DNA of 64,000 nucleotides from an uncultured archaeon (GTDB taxonomy: Archaea > Aenigmatarchaeota > Aenigmatarchaeia > QMZP01): the NCBI GenBank assembly GCA_964498245.1, contig CAZCGK010000001.1, forward strand, positions 36,581 through 100,580, written 5' to 3'. Each line of letters begins with the position of its first letter. Within the stretch, counting starts at the first letter, position 1. Under the pieces are notes generated by a model. It saw only the letters and a program-made list of their open reading frames with translations, was not told the DNA's origin and made no database searches. The position numbers and the translations under genes are program-made. This document shows positions 19,670 through 28,508 of this stretch, piece after piece.

Positions 19670-20554
19670 CTAATGTATAAACCTCAGGTCCAGGCTTTTC
19701 GCATAGTCCAGAACTTCAGCAAATTCCTCCTCGCTCAAGCATCTGGAAATCTCGGGAAAGTTTTTTGCCTTATATTCTGGTCTGTACTGAGACATGATGT
19801 TAACTATAACCTGTTTTCCGAAGTTTTCGGAAATAAAATCAAGAACAGGTTTTGAACAGCACTGTATGTGCCCGGGCAAAACTAAGTGCCTTATCACAAG
19901 GTCCGAATCGTGAAAAGCAAGAATGTGATTTCTCTTCACAACTTCCATATAATTCTTAACCCCAGAAAGCCTCCATGCGCATTTGTTGTTTCCGTATTTG
20001 AAATCACTGAGATAGAGGTCTATTGTGCCTTTCAGCAAAGATAGAGATTTTTCTGACATATAGAAATTGGAATTCCAGATAACGGGTATATCTGATTTCA
20101 CAAATTTTAGGGTTTTCAGAATAAAGGGAAGATAGGGTGTTGGTTCACCTCCGACAAAGTTTACATTTTTGCATCCACAGGAATCTATATACAAGGCAAG
20201 CTCTCTTTCCGATACCTCTTTTGGTCTTTCGAATCTCTGCGATATGGTCCAGTTCTGGCAGAAAACACAGGCAAATGTGCATGACCAGAAGAAAACCGTG
20301 AAGCTCGGTACAAGGAAATATTCCTCACCCCAGTGGGAAAACATGGAAGAAACAAGCATTTTGTTTGGAACCTTACACCAGCCGGTTTTGCCCTGAGTTC
20401 TGTCAACACCACATTTTCTCTCGCACAGACAGCATTTTTTCAAAACATTTGAAGCTTCTTTTATTTTGCTTTCCAGGTTTTCCAGATTTTTGAACTTTGG
20501 TTTCGATTTTCCGGAAACTACTGCTTCGTAATGCTCTAAGGGTTTTCTCATCAT
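19670..20554 (-). CDS. Radical SAM protein, PflX-like (COG1313, PFL-activating-enzyme-related)
   Basis: CX3CX2C motif CTFACVFCQNW, further Cys clusters, 294 aa. Confidence 0.65.
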   Translation of the reverse strand: MMRKPLEHYEAVVSGKSKPKFKNLENLESKIKEASNVLKKCCLCERKCGVDRTQGKTGWCKVPNKMLVSSMFSHWGEEYFLVPSFTVFFWSCTFACVFCQNWTISQRFERPKEVSERELALYIDSCGCKNVNFVGGEPTPYLPFILKTLKFVKSDIPVIWNSNFYMSEKSLSLLKGTIDLYLSDFKYGNNKCAWRLSGVKNYMEVVKRNHILAFHDSDLVIRHLVLPGHIQCCSKPVLDFISENFGKQVIVNIMSQYRPEYKAKNFPEISRCLSEEEFAEVLDYAKSLDLRFIH

Positions 20555-21426
20555 CGTTTTATTTCATTTTTTATAAATTCCATTATATTTCTTGCTACAT
20601 TGATATTGGTTGCCTTTTCTATTTCCTGAATACCGGGGTTTATATTCACTTCTATAACATGGATTCCATTTTTGCTTTCTATCATATCCACAGCACATAT
20701 TCTGGACTTTATGGCTTCTGCACATTTAAAACATATCTCCTCCATTTCTGATGTTAGCTTGTATGCAACTCCCCTTCCTCCAGCTTTTATATTTGCTCTC
20801 TTTTCCTCTGGAGATGCTATTCTTTTGAAGGAACCTATTATCTCATCCCCAGCAACTATTCCTCTTATATCCTCTCCAGGATTGGGAACGAATTTCTCTA
20901 TCAGAACTTCCTGTTTCAGGGTGTTCATTGTTTCTATTAAAGATTTTGCGGCTTCCTTGCTTTCTATCACCATCACACCCTTTCCACCAAAACCTGCAAG
21001 AAGCTTTATCATTAAGGGAAGTTTCTGTTTTTCTATTATTTTCATTGCAGATTCCTTTGAACCTGTTAGGTAGGTTTCCGGAACCTTTATTCCGTGTTTT
21101 ACAAGCTGTTCCAAGGTAAGAAACTTGTTGTGTGCGATATGAATGGTTTCAGCTGGATAGGGTTTCCTAACGCCAAGATCATCGAGAAATCTTATCACAG
21201 GATAGCCTATGATTGCACGTTTGGAGTCAATTCTTGGAAGGACATAATCGAATTTGGACATATCCGTTTTTTCGTAAAAAGCACCAAGACCGTTGTCTAC
21301 CCTTAACTGAATGCTAACGAGGGGTATATACTTTGCATTGAATCCTGCATTTTTTGCTTCTGCTATCAATCGCTTTGTGGTGTAGCCTATAAATTTCTGT
21401 GTTGGGCCGAGAATTGCAAGTTTCAT
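20551..21426 (-). CDS. RimK-family ATP-grasp ligase (alpha-L-glutamate ligase-like)
   Basis: ATP-grasp motifs LMIKLLAGFGGKGV, QEVLIEKFV and IRGIVAGDEIIGSFKR, 291 aa. Confidence 0.7.
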   Translation of the reverse strand: MKLAILGPTQKFIGYTTKRLIAEAKNAGFNAKYIPLVSIQLRVDNGLGAFYEKTDMSKFDYVLPRIDSKRAIIGYPVIRFLDDLGVRKPYPAETIHIAHNKFLTLEQLVKHGIKVPETYLTGSKESAMKIIEKQKLPLMIKLLAGFGGKGVMVIESKEAAKSLIETMNTLKQEVLIEKFVPNPGEDIRGIVAGDEIIGSFKRIASPEEKRANIKAGGRGVAYKLTSEMEEICFKCAEAIKSRICAVDMIESKNGIHVIEVNINPGIQEIEKATNINVARNIMEFIKNEIKR

Positions 21427-21440
21427 AACAAATATTGGTG

Positions 21441-21725
21441 TTATTTAATAAAACTCTTTTCTTTCACTATTTCTTCTGGCTTCGCTTCCAGCATGGCCTT
21501 TATTTCTTCAAGCTCTATCTCTATTTCCTTTGAAAGCCTTGCTCTATCCCATCGGGTCAGGGTTCTTTCCTCAAGAATTCTGAGCTTTTCTTCTGTTCTG
21601 TCCAGTTTTTCGAGAAGAATGTGCCTGACGGGTTTTTCCTTTTTGAGGGTTTTTTCTCTGAGCCTGTCCCATTTTTTTCTTAATTTTCTTAATTTTCTCT
21701 GCCATCCAAAAAACAGGGAAAACAT
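21441..21725 (-). CDS. Small basic coiled-coil hypothetical protein (94 aa)
   Basis: ORF sits between RuBisCO and the ATP-grasp gene on the same strand. It is Lys/Arg/Glu-rich. Confidence 0.35.
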   Translation of the reverse strand: MFSLFFGWQRKLRKLRKKWDRLREKTLKKEKPVRHILLEKLDRTEEKLRILEERTLTRWDRARLSKEIEIELEEIKAMLEAKPEEIVKEKSFIK

Positions 21726-22951
21726 TATTTCACTCTTCTGCTCCAGTGAATGAGAGCTGTGTGAAGTTCTGGATGCGTTCTGGCGTGTGTTTTGAGTGGT
21801 ATACCTTTCATCACGGCATCCAGGGCCTGTCTTATTGCCCTGGCTCCTGCTTCAGGCCCTTGTGGATGACCCCACAGGCCTCCACCGCAGGTAAAGATTA
21901 TATCCTTTCCTAAAAGCTTTACAAGAGAAGGTATCAGTCCTGGATGCAGACCTCCTGAAGCTACTGGAAAAACCCTCTTCAAACCATGCCATTTTGCTCT
22001 CAGGAATGAATCTATCTCCTGAACCTCTCTTTTACTTCCTTCCATTTTTCCAACTGCTGTTCCTGTATGCAAGGCTGTCACACCAGCAAGTCTTGCGAAT
22101 TTGGCTATAACCTTCATGGAAATTCCGTGTTCAGGGTCTCTTGTAAATGCAGCGTGCATTGCCCTGTGAGCATGAATGGCCAAGCCTAATTTTTGATTTC
22201 TCATGAACTGAAGAGCGGACCAGCCAGAGGTTATGATATCTATCATTATACATTTCCCTCCCTGCGCCTTTATCATCTCTGCTCTTTCAAGCATGACATC
22301 TGCAGGGGCTGTTATATTGCATGCATATATCACTGTCCTGCCTTCCTCGGATTTTATCCTGTCAACAACATCGAGCATTCTCACAACTCTTTCTTCGAAT
22401 TTGCTAAAAGGCATTGAGGTCAGGTTTTCATCGTCTTTTGTATAATCTATGCCTGCTGAATATACTCTGTAGGCAAGCTCTGCCTGTTCTTTGGGTGTTA
22501 GACCCAGTTTAGGCTTGAATATGGTTCCTGCTATGGGTCTGTTTCTGATTTTCATGATTCTTCGCAGATCTTCCATGCCTATTTCAGGTCCGGGAAAGCT
22601 TTTTGCAAGCTTTTTCGGAATGTGAACATCTTCGAGCCTTAAGCTCTCGACAAGCTTCATACCGAAAATGTTTCCTGCTACAGAGCTCAGAATCTGTGAA
22701 ATATTGCCTGGTTCGAAAAGTTCTGCAGGATATGCTATTTTTATTCTTCTTCCCTTTATCTCAAAAACCCTTGCGGATATTCTTTCTATTCTCTTCTTCC
22801 AGGTTTTAAGTTCTGTCCAGGTTCCTGTTGAGCTTTCTAATGCAATGTTTTCAGCGACTTTTTTTATGGAAATGCCTTTGGCTGGTTTCACATAGAAATC
22901 GCAGATCAGATCGTTTTTGCTTGGTTTGTAACTTAGATCGAGATAGTGCAT
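21725..22951 (-). CDS. rbcL: Ribulose-1,5-bisphosphate carboxylase large subunit, form III (archaeal)
   Basis: ESSTGTWT, GTIFKPKLGL (catalytic Lys), IDYTKDDENL (carbamylated Lys) and GGLHPG motifs, 408 aa. Confidence 0.85.
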   Translation of the reverse strand: MHYLDLSYKPSKNDLICDFYVKPAKGISIKKVAENIALESSTGTWTELKTWKKRIERISARVFEIKGRRIKIAYPAELFEPGNISQILSSVAGNIFGMKLVESLRLEDVHIPKKLAKSFPGPEIGMEDLRRIMKIRNRPIAGTIFKPKLGLTPKEQAELAYRVYSAGIDYTKDDENLTSMPFSKFEERVVRMLDVVDRIKSEEGRTVIYACNITAPADVMLERAEMIKAQGGKCIMIDIITSGWSALQFMRNQKLGLAIHAHRAMHAAFTRDPEHGISMKVIAKFARLAGVTALHTGTAVGKMEGSKREVQEIDSFLRAKWHGLKRVFPVASGGLHPGLIPSLVKLLGKDIIFTCGGGLWGHPQGPEAGARAIRQALDAVMKGIPLKTHARTHPELHTALIHWSRRVK

Positions 22952-23091
22952 GGTTAAATATTTTCATGGTGATTAAAATATATTTTTGGATATAACAATG
23001 TTATACAGTAAGTACTCGAAGTAATCATTTAAATATCAATTTTTATACTCAAATCTCCATAAATCATTCAATTAAAATTCAGGCGTTTCTT

Positions 23092-24339
23092 ATGGTAGAA
23101 ATAACCTTTCTCGGTGGAACAAGAGAAGTGGGCAGGATGGGTATACTCCTGGAAACCTCTGGAAAGAGGATACTCTGGGAGTATGGTGTGAACGTTCAGA
23201 CAATGGATGTTCCGAAAAAAGCGGAACTGCCTCTTGATGCTGTTTTTGTTACCCATGCTCACTTGGATCATTCTGGTTATCTTCCTGCCCTGTATAAAGA
23301 AGGTTATGAGGGTTCTGTTTGCGCGACTTCTGTAACGTTTGATTTGATGTCCCTCCTTCTCCGTGATGCCTTAAAGGTTCAGAGTAAAAGGGGATTAAAG
23401 CTCCTTTTTATGCCCCATGACATAGAGAAAATGGAAAGGCTTAAAAGGATTGTCAGATTTGGAGAGGAGATAGAAATAGGCGATGCTCTGATTACGGTGC
23501 ACAATGCAGGTCATATCCCAGGAGCGGTTTCCTTTGTGCTTGAGGCAGAAGGAAAGAGAATTCTCTATACCGGTGATATAAAATTCCTTGACACCCGTCT
23601 TGTTTCAGGTGCTGAGCCACATTTTAAAGATATAGATATTGTGATAACGGAATGCACGTATTCTTATAAAAACCATCCTGACAGGGAAAAGCTCATAGAT
23701 AGGATAAGGGAAATTGCACAGGAAACCGTATACAATAATGGCATACTTCTTCTTCCATGTTTTGCTGTGGGCAGAACGCAGGAGCTCTTGATAAATCTTT
23801 ATGATTTGGGTCTTCCGATATATCTGGATGGAATGGGAATAGATGCAACAGAAATCATACTCAACCATCCTGAATATATAAAGAATCCTTCTGAACTAAG
23901 AAAAGCCTTCAGCAAGGCAAGAAAGGTGGTAAGACCAAGGGATAGAAACGAGGCTGTGCACAATGCGTGCATAATAATCACTACAGCGGGTATGATGAAC
24001 GGTGGGCCTGTGAGCTTTTACATGAAAAAACTTCATAACAAGGAGAATTGCTCTCTTGTCACCACAGGTTACATGGTTGAGGGCACTGTTGGAAGAACTC
24101 TGATGGACACAGGCAGATATATTGCGGATGGTCTGGATGTCAGACCGAAAATGCATATGGAATTCCTTGATCTCTCTGCACACACGGATCACGACCACAT
24201 TGTTAGGTTCCTGGAAAAACTCTCTCCGGAAAAAATATTTCTTGTTCACGGAGAACACAATCCTGAATTTGAAAAGGAGCTGAAAAGCATGGGGTTTGAT
24301 GCATATTCTCCTGAAATAGGAGAAAAGATGAGGGTTTGA
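23092..24339 (+). CDS. Metallo-beta-lactamase / beta-CASP ribonuclease (aCPSF/RNase J-like, without KH domains)
   Basis: HxHxDH motif VTHAHLDHSG, beta-CASP region, C-terminal His motif (LVHGEHN), 415 aa. Confidence 0.7.
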   Translation: MVEITFLGGTREVGRMGILLETSGKRILWEYGVNVQTMDVPKKAELPLDAVFVTHAHLDHSGYLPALYKEGYEGSVCATSVTFDLMSLLLRDALKVQSKRGLKLLFMPHDIEKMERLKRIVRFGEEIEIGDALITVHNAGHIPGAVSFVLEAEGKRILYTGDIKFLDTRLVSGAEPHFKDIDIVITECTYSYKNHPDREKLIDRIREIAQETVYNNGILLLPCFAVGRTQELLINLYDLGLPIYLDGMGIDATEIILNHPEYIKNPSELRKAFSKARKVVRPRDRNEAVHNACIIITTAGMMNGGPVSFYMKKLHNKENCSLVTTGYMVEGTVGRTLMDTGRYIADGLDVRPKMHMEFLDLSAHTDHDHIVRFLEKLSPEKIFLVHGEHNPEFEKELKSMGFDAYSPEIGEKMRV

Positions 24340-24386
24340 TATAAATTTTGCCTTGATTGTTCGAAAGCAAGCTTTTCGATTTACTC

Positions 24387-25055
24387 TCACTTTAGTGGAT
24401 TAAAAGTGTCCGATTGATATTTTTGTTCCACCCGATGCCTCTTTGTTTGATAAAGTGCTTTGTCCGCTGTTTTCAGAACCTCCGGGGTATACTCTTCAAA
24501 CACACCGACCCCCATGCTCAGGCTTATATTTTCAATATCTCTTAACACTTCTTCTGAATGTGGATATTTTTTCATTCTCCACAGTCTTTTGAGAGTCTTC
24601 TTCAGATTATCTTTTTCTCTTTCAACATATTCTGTTATCCTCTCCATTACATAGGGTATATTTTCTGGTTTTATGTCTTTGAGAAGCACGATCATTTCAT
24701 CACCACCATATCTTCCTGTGAAAGCCTCTGTGAAAAGCTTATCCTGACCTCGAGAGATTCTTGTGCTTCCTTTTAATGCTCTGGCTATTCTTTTCAGTAC
24801 ATGATCGCCTGCTTTATGACCGTAGGTATCATTGATTTTCTTGAAGTTGTCCACATCTATGAATAAAAGCGCATAATTACCCCTTTCCAAGCTCTTCAGT
24901 TCATTTTCAAGGGCTCTCCTGTTATTCAGGCCTGTAAGCGGGTCCTTGTATGCTAATTCTTCCAGCTCTTTCGCATATCTGGCAAGCTCTTTCGCATATT
25001 CACGAAGGTCCTCTGGCCCTAATACATCTATCTCGCTTTCTTTCAGTATCCTCAT
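24387..25055 (-). CDS. GGDEF-domain protein (putative diguanylate cyclase with a degenerate GGDEM signature) and an N-terminal coiled coil
   Basis: DPLTGLNNRRALE, FIDVDNFKKINDTYGHKAGD, RYGGDEM and LSMGVGV...ADKALYQTK match the GGDEF fold landmarks. Confidence 0.7.
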   Translation of the reverse strand: MRILKESEIDVLGPEDLREYAKELARYAKELEELAYKDPLTGLNNRRALENELKSLERGNYALLFIDVDNFKKINDTYGHKAGDHVLKRIARALKGSTRISRGQDKLFTEAFTGRYGGDEMIVLLKDIKPENIPYVMERITEYVEREKDNLKKTLKRLWRMKKYPHSEEVLRDIENISLSMGVGVFEEYTPEVLKTADKALYQTKRHRVEQKYQSDTFNPLK

Positions 25056-25153
25056 ATTGAATTAATTAACTGCAAGCGATAACTTTAAATTAGTATCGTT
25101 CCCTTGAGCGCTGTTATGATTTATTAAAAATGCATTAATCAAATATTTTTCTC

Positions 25154-26182
25154 ATGATAGATATTGACGGTTCATATCTTGAAGGCGGGGGTCAAATACT
25201 CAGAACATCTGTCGCTCTTTCCTGTGTAACCGGAAAACCGGTGAGGGTTTTCAGCATCAGAGCGAACAGGCCGCAACCGGGATTAAAAGCACAGCATCTT
25301 CAGAGTATAAAAGCTGCTGCTAAGCTGTGCAATGCAAAGGTTTCCGGTCTTTTTCTGGGATCGGAGAAAATAGAATTTGTTCCAGGAGAAATACAAGGAG
25401 GCTCTCTTTCTATAAATGTGGGCACTGCTGGTTCAATAGGCTTGGTTCTTCAAACCCTCATGATACCTGCGATACATGCGAAAAAGCCTGTGGAACTGCA
25501 TATAACAGGGGGAACGGATGTTTCATGGTCACCGTCCGTGGGCTTTATCCAGCACGTAAAGCTTCCTCTGCTTGAAAAAATGGGTTATTCTGGAAGACTT
25601 GCTCTAGAAAAAAGAGGTTACTATCCGAAAGGTGGAGGGAGGATAGCAATGGTTATAGAACCTGGAAGGCTTAGAGAAATAAACCTTACGGAGCAGGGAA
25701 AGCCCGAATGCGTTCATGGCATTTCCCATGCTTCGCAAAACCTCAAAAAGGCTTCAGTGGCGGAAAGGCAGGCAAAGGCAGCGAGGGATATAGTTTTTAA
25801 AAGATTTGAGCTTTCTCCTGATATAGAAAAGCAATACTGCGATACGCTCTGCGCTGGTTCTGGTATGGATTTATGGATTAAAACCAGCAATACAGTTATG
25901 GGTTCAACCTCTCTCGGAAAACCCGGAAAGAGAGCCGAGCTTGTGGGAAGGGAGGCCGCAGAGTTTCTTGTAAAGCAGTTTGATTCCGGTGCGTGTGTTG
26001 ATGAGCACATGGGAGATCAGATCATACCTTACATGGCTCTGGCAGGAAAATCTTGCATAACGGTTCCGGAAATAACAGGTCACATCAAAACAAACATCTG
26101 GGTTACTGAAAGGTTTTTACCGGTAAAGTTCGAAATCGAAAAAATCAGAGCATGTTATGCCATAAGATGCAGATCACTTTAG
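25154..26182 (+). CDS. rtcA: RNA 3'-terminal phosphate cyclase
   Basis: N-terminal LEGGGQILRTSVALS and the internal region HITGGTDVSWSPSVGF. Confidence 0.85.
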   Translation: MIDIDGSYLEGGGQILRTSVALSCVTGKPVRVFSIRANRPQPGLKAQHLQSIKAAAKLCNAKVSGLFLGSEKIEFVPGEIQGGSLSINVGTAGSIGLVLQTLMIPAIHAKKPVELHITGGTDVSWSPSVGFIQHVKLPLLEKMGYSGRLALEKRGYYPKGGGRIAMVIEPGRLREINLTEQGKPECVHGISHASQNLKKASVAERQAKAARDIVFKRFELSPDIEKQYCDTLCAGSGMDLWIKTSNTVMGSTSLGKPGKRAELVGREAAEFLVKQFDSGACVDEHMGDQIIPYMALAGKSCITVPEITGHIKTNIWVTERFLPVKFEIEKIRACYAIRCRSL

Positions 26183-26992
26183 AAACCTCTCCAGTCCTGA
26201 CTTCTCTTTACTGCCGATCACTTCATCGAGATTCAAAACCATTCCATCCTTCGCTGCAATGGTTCTTATTCCTGTATTTTCCTCTATTTCCTTTGCTTCC
26301 CTCTCTGCTTTACCAAAAAGCATTTTCATGCCGAAATGCTGGAGTATGGCGAGTTTGGGTTTTGCTTTTCTGATAAGATCTTCTGCCTGTCCAGCGTTCA
26401 TATGACCCGGCCATGTATCTTCCCTGGGTCTTAAACAGTTCAAAACCAGACAGTCGCATCCCTGAAAATATTTTTCTTGGCCTGAGTAATACTCACCGTC
26501 TCCGGTATAGCCTATTTTTCTGCTACCCTCAAAAACAAATCCAAGACCATCCTCATCCCTGTGTTTTGTTGGTGTTGAGGTTATACGTAAAGAATTCCAT
26601 TCAAAAATATCTCCGGGTTTCATGCTCTTGTACCTTTCCACAACGCTTAAATGATAATTGGAAACCTTTTGCGGCTCCTTTTCATCACCGTGAATTACGG
26701 CAGGAGTTGAGATCAGAAAGCCTTTCCTTTTCTTTGCTCCATAGGTCATGGCCTCGATAACGACCTCCACATCAGTATAATGGTCAGGATGTCTGTGCGA
26801 TACCACAACTCCTGTGAGCTTTTTAAGATCAAAACCATGCTGTTTTGCTCTGACAAGTGAACCAGGACCCGGGTCGATGTAAATCATTTCCCCATCCATT
26901 TCCAGTATCCAGCCACACGTGCCTATGAGCTGGCTCAGGGTAACATACCTTCCTCCACCCACTCCGAGAAAGATAAGCCTTGCCATATTCAT
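26174..26992 (-). CDS. MBL-fold metallo-hydrolase (PhnP/RNase Z-like)
   Basis: HxHxDH motif VVVSHRHPDHYTD, 272 aa. Co-oriented with cysS. Confidence 0.55.
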   Translation of the reverse strand: MNMARLIFLGVGGGRYVTLSQLIGTCGWILEMDGEMIYIDPGPGSLVRAKQHGFDLKKLTGVVVSHRHPDHYTDVEVVIEAMTYGAKKRKGFLISTPAVIHGDEKEPQKVSNYHLSVVERYKSMKPGDIFEWNSLRITSTPTKHRDEDGLGFVFEGSRKIGYTGDGEYYSGQEKYFQGCDCLVLNCLRPREDTWPGHMNAGQAEDLIRKAKPKLAILQHFGMKMLFGKAEREAKEIEENTGIRTIAAKDGMVLNLDEVIGSKEKSGLERFLK

Positions 26993-28470
26993 GCCCCTGT
27001 AACCTTTACTCCTCCCTTTACATCTTCCAGAATTATTCCTTTTTTTCTCAGCCTATCTCTTATCTCATCCGCTTCTTTCCAAGCTTTCATTCTCCTGTAT
27101 TTTTCCCTTTCAATCACAAGTTTCTCGATTTCCTTATCAGGCTTTACATCATGATAGCTTATTGTATACTTCTCTCCATCTATATCCACAATCTTCTCCG
27201 CATGTGTTTTTGAAATCTTATCAAGTCCTAAACCCAACACAGAATCAAACCTAAGCATAAGCCTGTAAACCCTTTTCGCATCTTCCGTGCTCATCTCTTT
27301 TCTGGAAAGAAAGGTGTTTATTTCGCTAATCATTTCAAACACGAAAGGCAAAGCCTCAGGCATGTTAAGGTCATCATCCAGCGAGGTTTCAAAACCTCTT
27401 CGGGCTTTCTCTATTATCCTATCAACTTCCGGATTATTATTTCCTTCATGTCTGTAATCGAGAATGTCCTGAACAAATCTTTTCAAGCTTTTAACCGTGT
27501 TTTCTGCGGATTTGAGAGCTTTCTCAGTGAAATTCAGTTTTGCTCTATAGTGGGCTGAAAGCAGGAGGTATCTTATTGCCATGGGTTCATATCCCTTGGC
27601 AAGCAAATCTCTGAGGGTGAAGAAGTTTCCCAGGGACTTTGACATTTTTCTTCCTTCAACAAGCAAGTGCTCATTATGAAGCCAGTAACGCACGAATGGT
27701 TTTCCTGTTTTTGCCTCGCTCTGCGCGATCTCGTTTTCATGATGAGGGAAAATCAGATCAACACCTCCTGTGTGAATATCAAAGGTCTCTCCTAAATATT
27801 TTGTGCTCATAACTGAGCACTCTATATGCCAGCCCGGTCTTCCCTTGCCTATATCGGTCTCCCAGTAAACATCTCCGTCTTCTTCATCCCAGAACTTCCA
27901 CAGGGCAAAATCATGCGCATGCTCCTTATCATATTCATCCTGTTTTACCCTTGCCCCTGCCTTGAGATTTTTCACATTTATGCCTGAGAGTTTTCCGTAA
28001 TCAGGAAATTTCCTTATGCTAAAGTATATTCCATCCTCGCTCCGGTACGCAAAGCCTTTTTCCATCAGAACCTTCACGAATTCCACGATTTCTTCTATAT
28101 GCTCTGTGGCTCGGGGATAGATTGTTGCAGGGCGTATGTTAAGGGTTCTTATATCCTCGAAAAATGCTTTTGCATATCGTTCTGTAAACTCTTTGAGGCT
28201 TATTCCTTCCCTTCTCGAACCACGTATGGTTTTATCATCCACATCCGTGAGGTTCATGACCTGCATAACTCTGTAACCTTTATACTCTAAATACCTTCTG
28301 AGGATGTCTGCAAATATATATGACCTGAAGTTTCCTATGTGAGCATAATCGTAAACAGTAGGTCCGCAGTTGTACATTCTGACCTCTCCCTCTTTCAAGG
28401 GCCTGAATTCCTCCTTTCTTTTCGTCAGTGTGTTGTAAAATCTCAGGCTCATAATTTTCCTTATTGCCAA
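26989..28470 (-). CDS. cysS: Cysteinyl-tRNA synthetase
   Basis: HIGH-class motif YDYAHIGNFRSY and KMSKS motif KMSKSLGN, 493 aa. Confidence 0.9.
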   Translation of the reverse strand: MAIRKIMSLRFYNTLTKRKEEFRPLKEGEVRMYNCGPTVYDYAHIGNFRSYIFADILRRYLEYKGYRVMQVMNLTDVDDKTIRGSRREGISLKEFTERYAKAFFEDIRTLNIRPATIYPRATEHIEEIVEFVKVLMEKGFAYRSEDGIYFSIRKFPDYGKLSGINVKNLKAGARVKQDEYDKEHAHDFALWKFWDEEDGDVYWETDIGKGRPGWHIECSVMSTKYLGETFDIHTGGVDLIFPHHENEIAQSEAKTGKPFVRYWLHNEHLLVEGRKMSKSLGNFFTLRDLLAKGYEPMAIRYLLLSAHYRAKLNFTEKALKSAENTVKSLKRFVQDILDYRHEGNNNPEVDRIIEKARRGFETSLDDDLNMPEALPFVFEMISEINTFLSRKEMSTEDAKRVYRLMLRFDSVLGLGLDKISKTHAEKIVDIDGEKYTISYHDVKPDKEIEKLVIEREKYRRMKAWKEADEIRDRLRKKGIILEDVKGGVKVTGA

Positions 28471-28508
28471 TGGAAACTTAAAAGCTTCTTAGACAAAAAA
28501 TTAAAATC

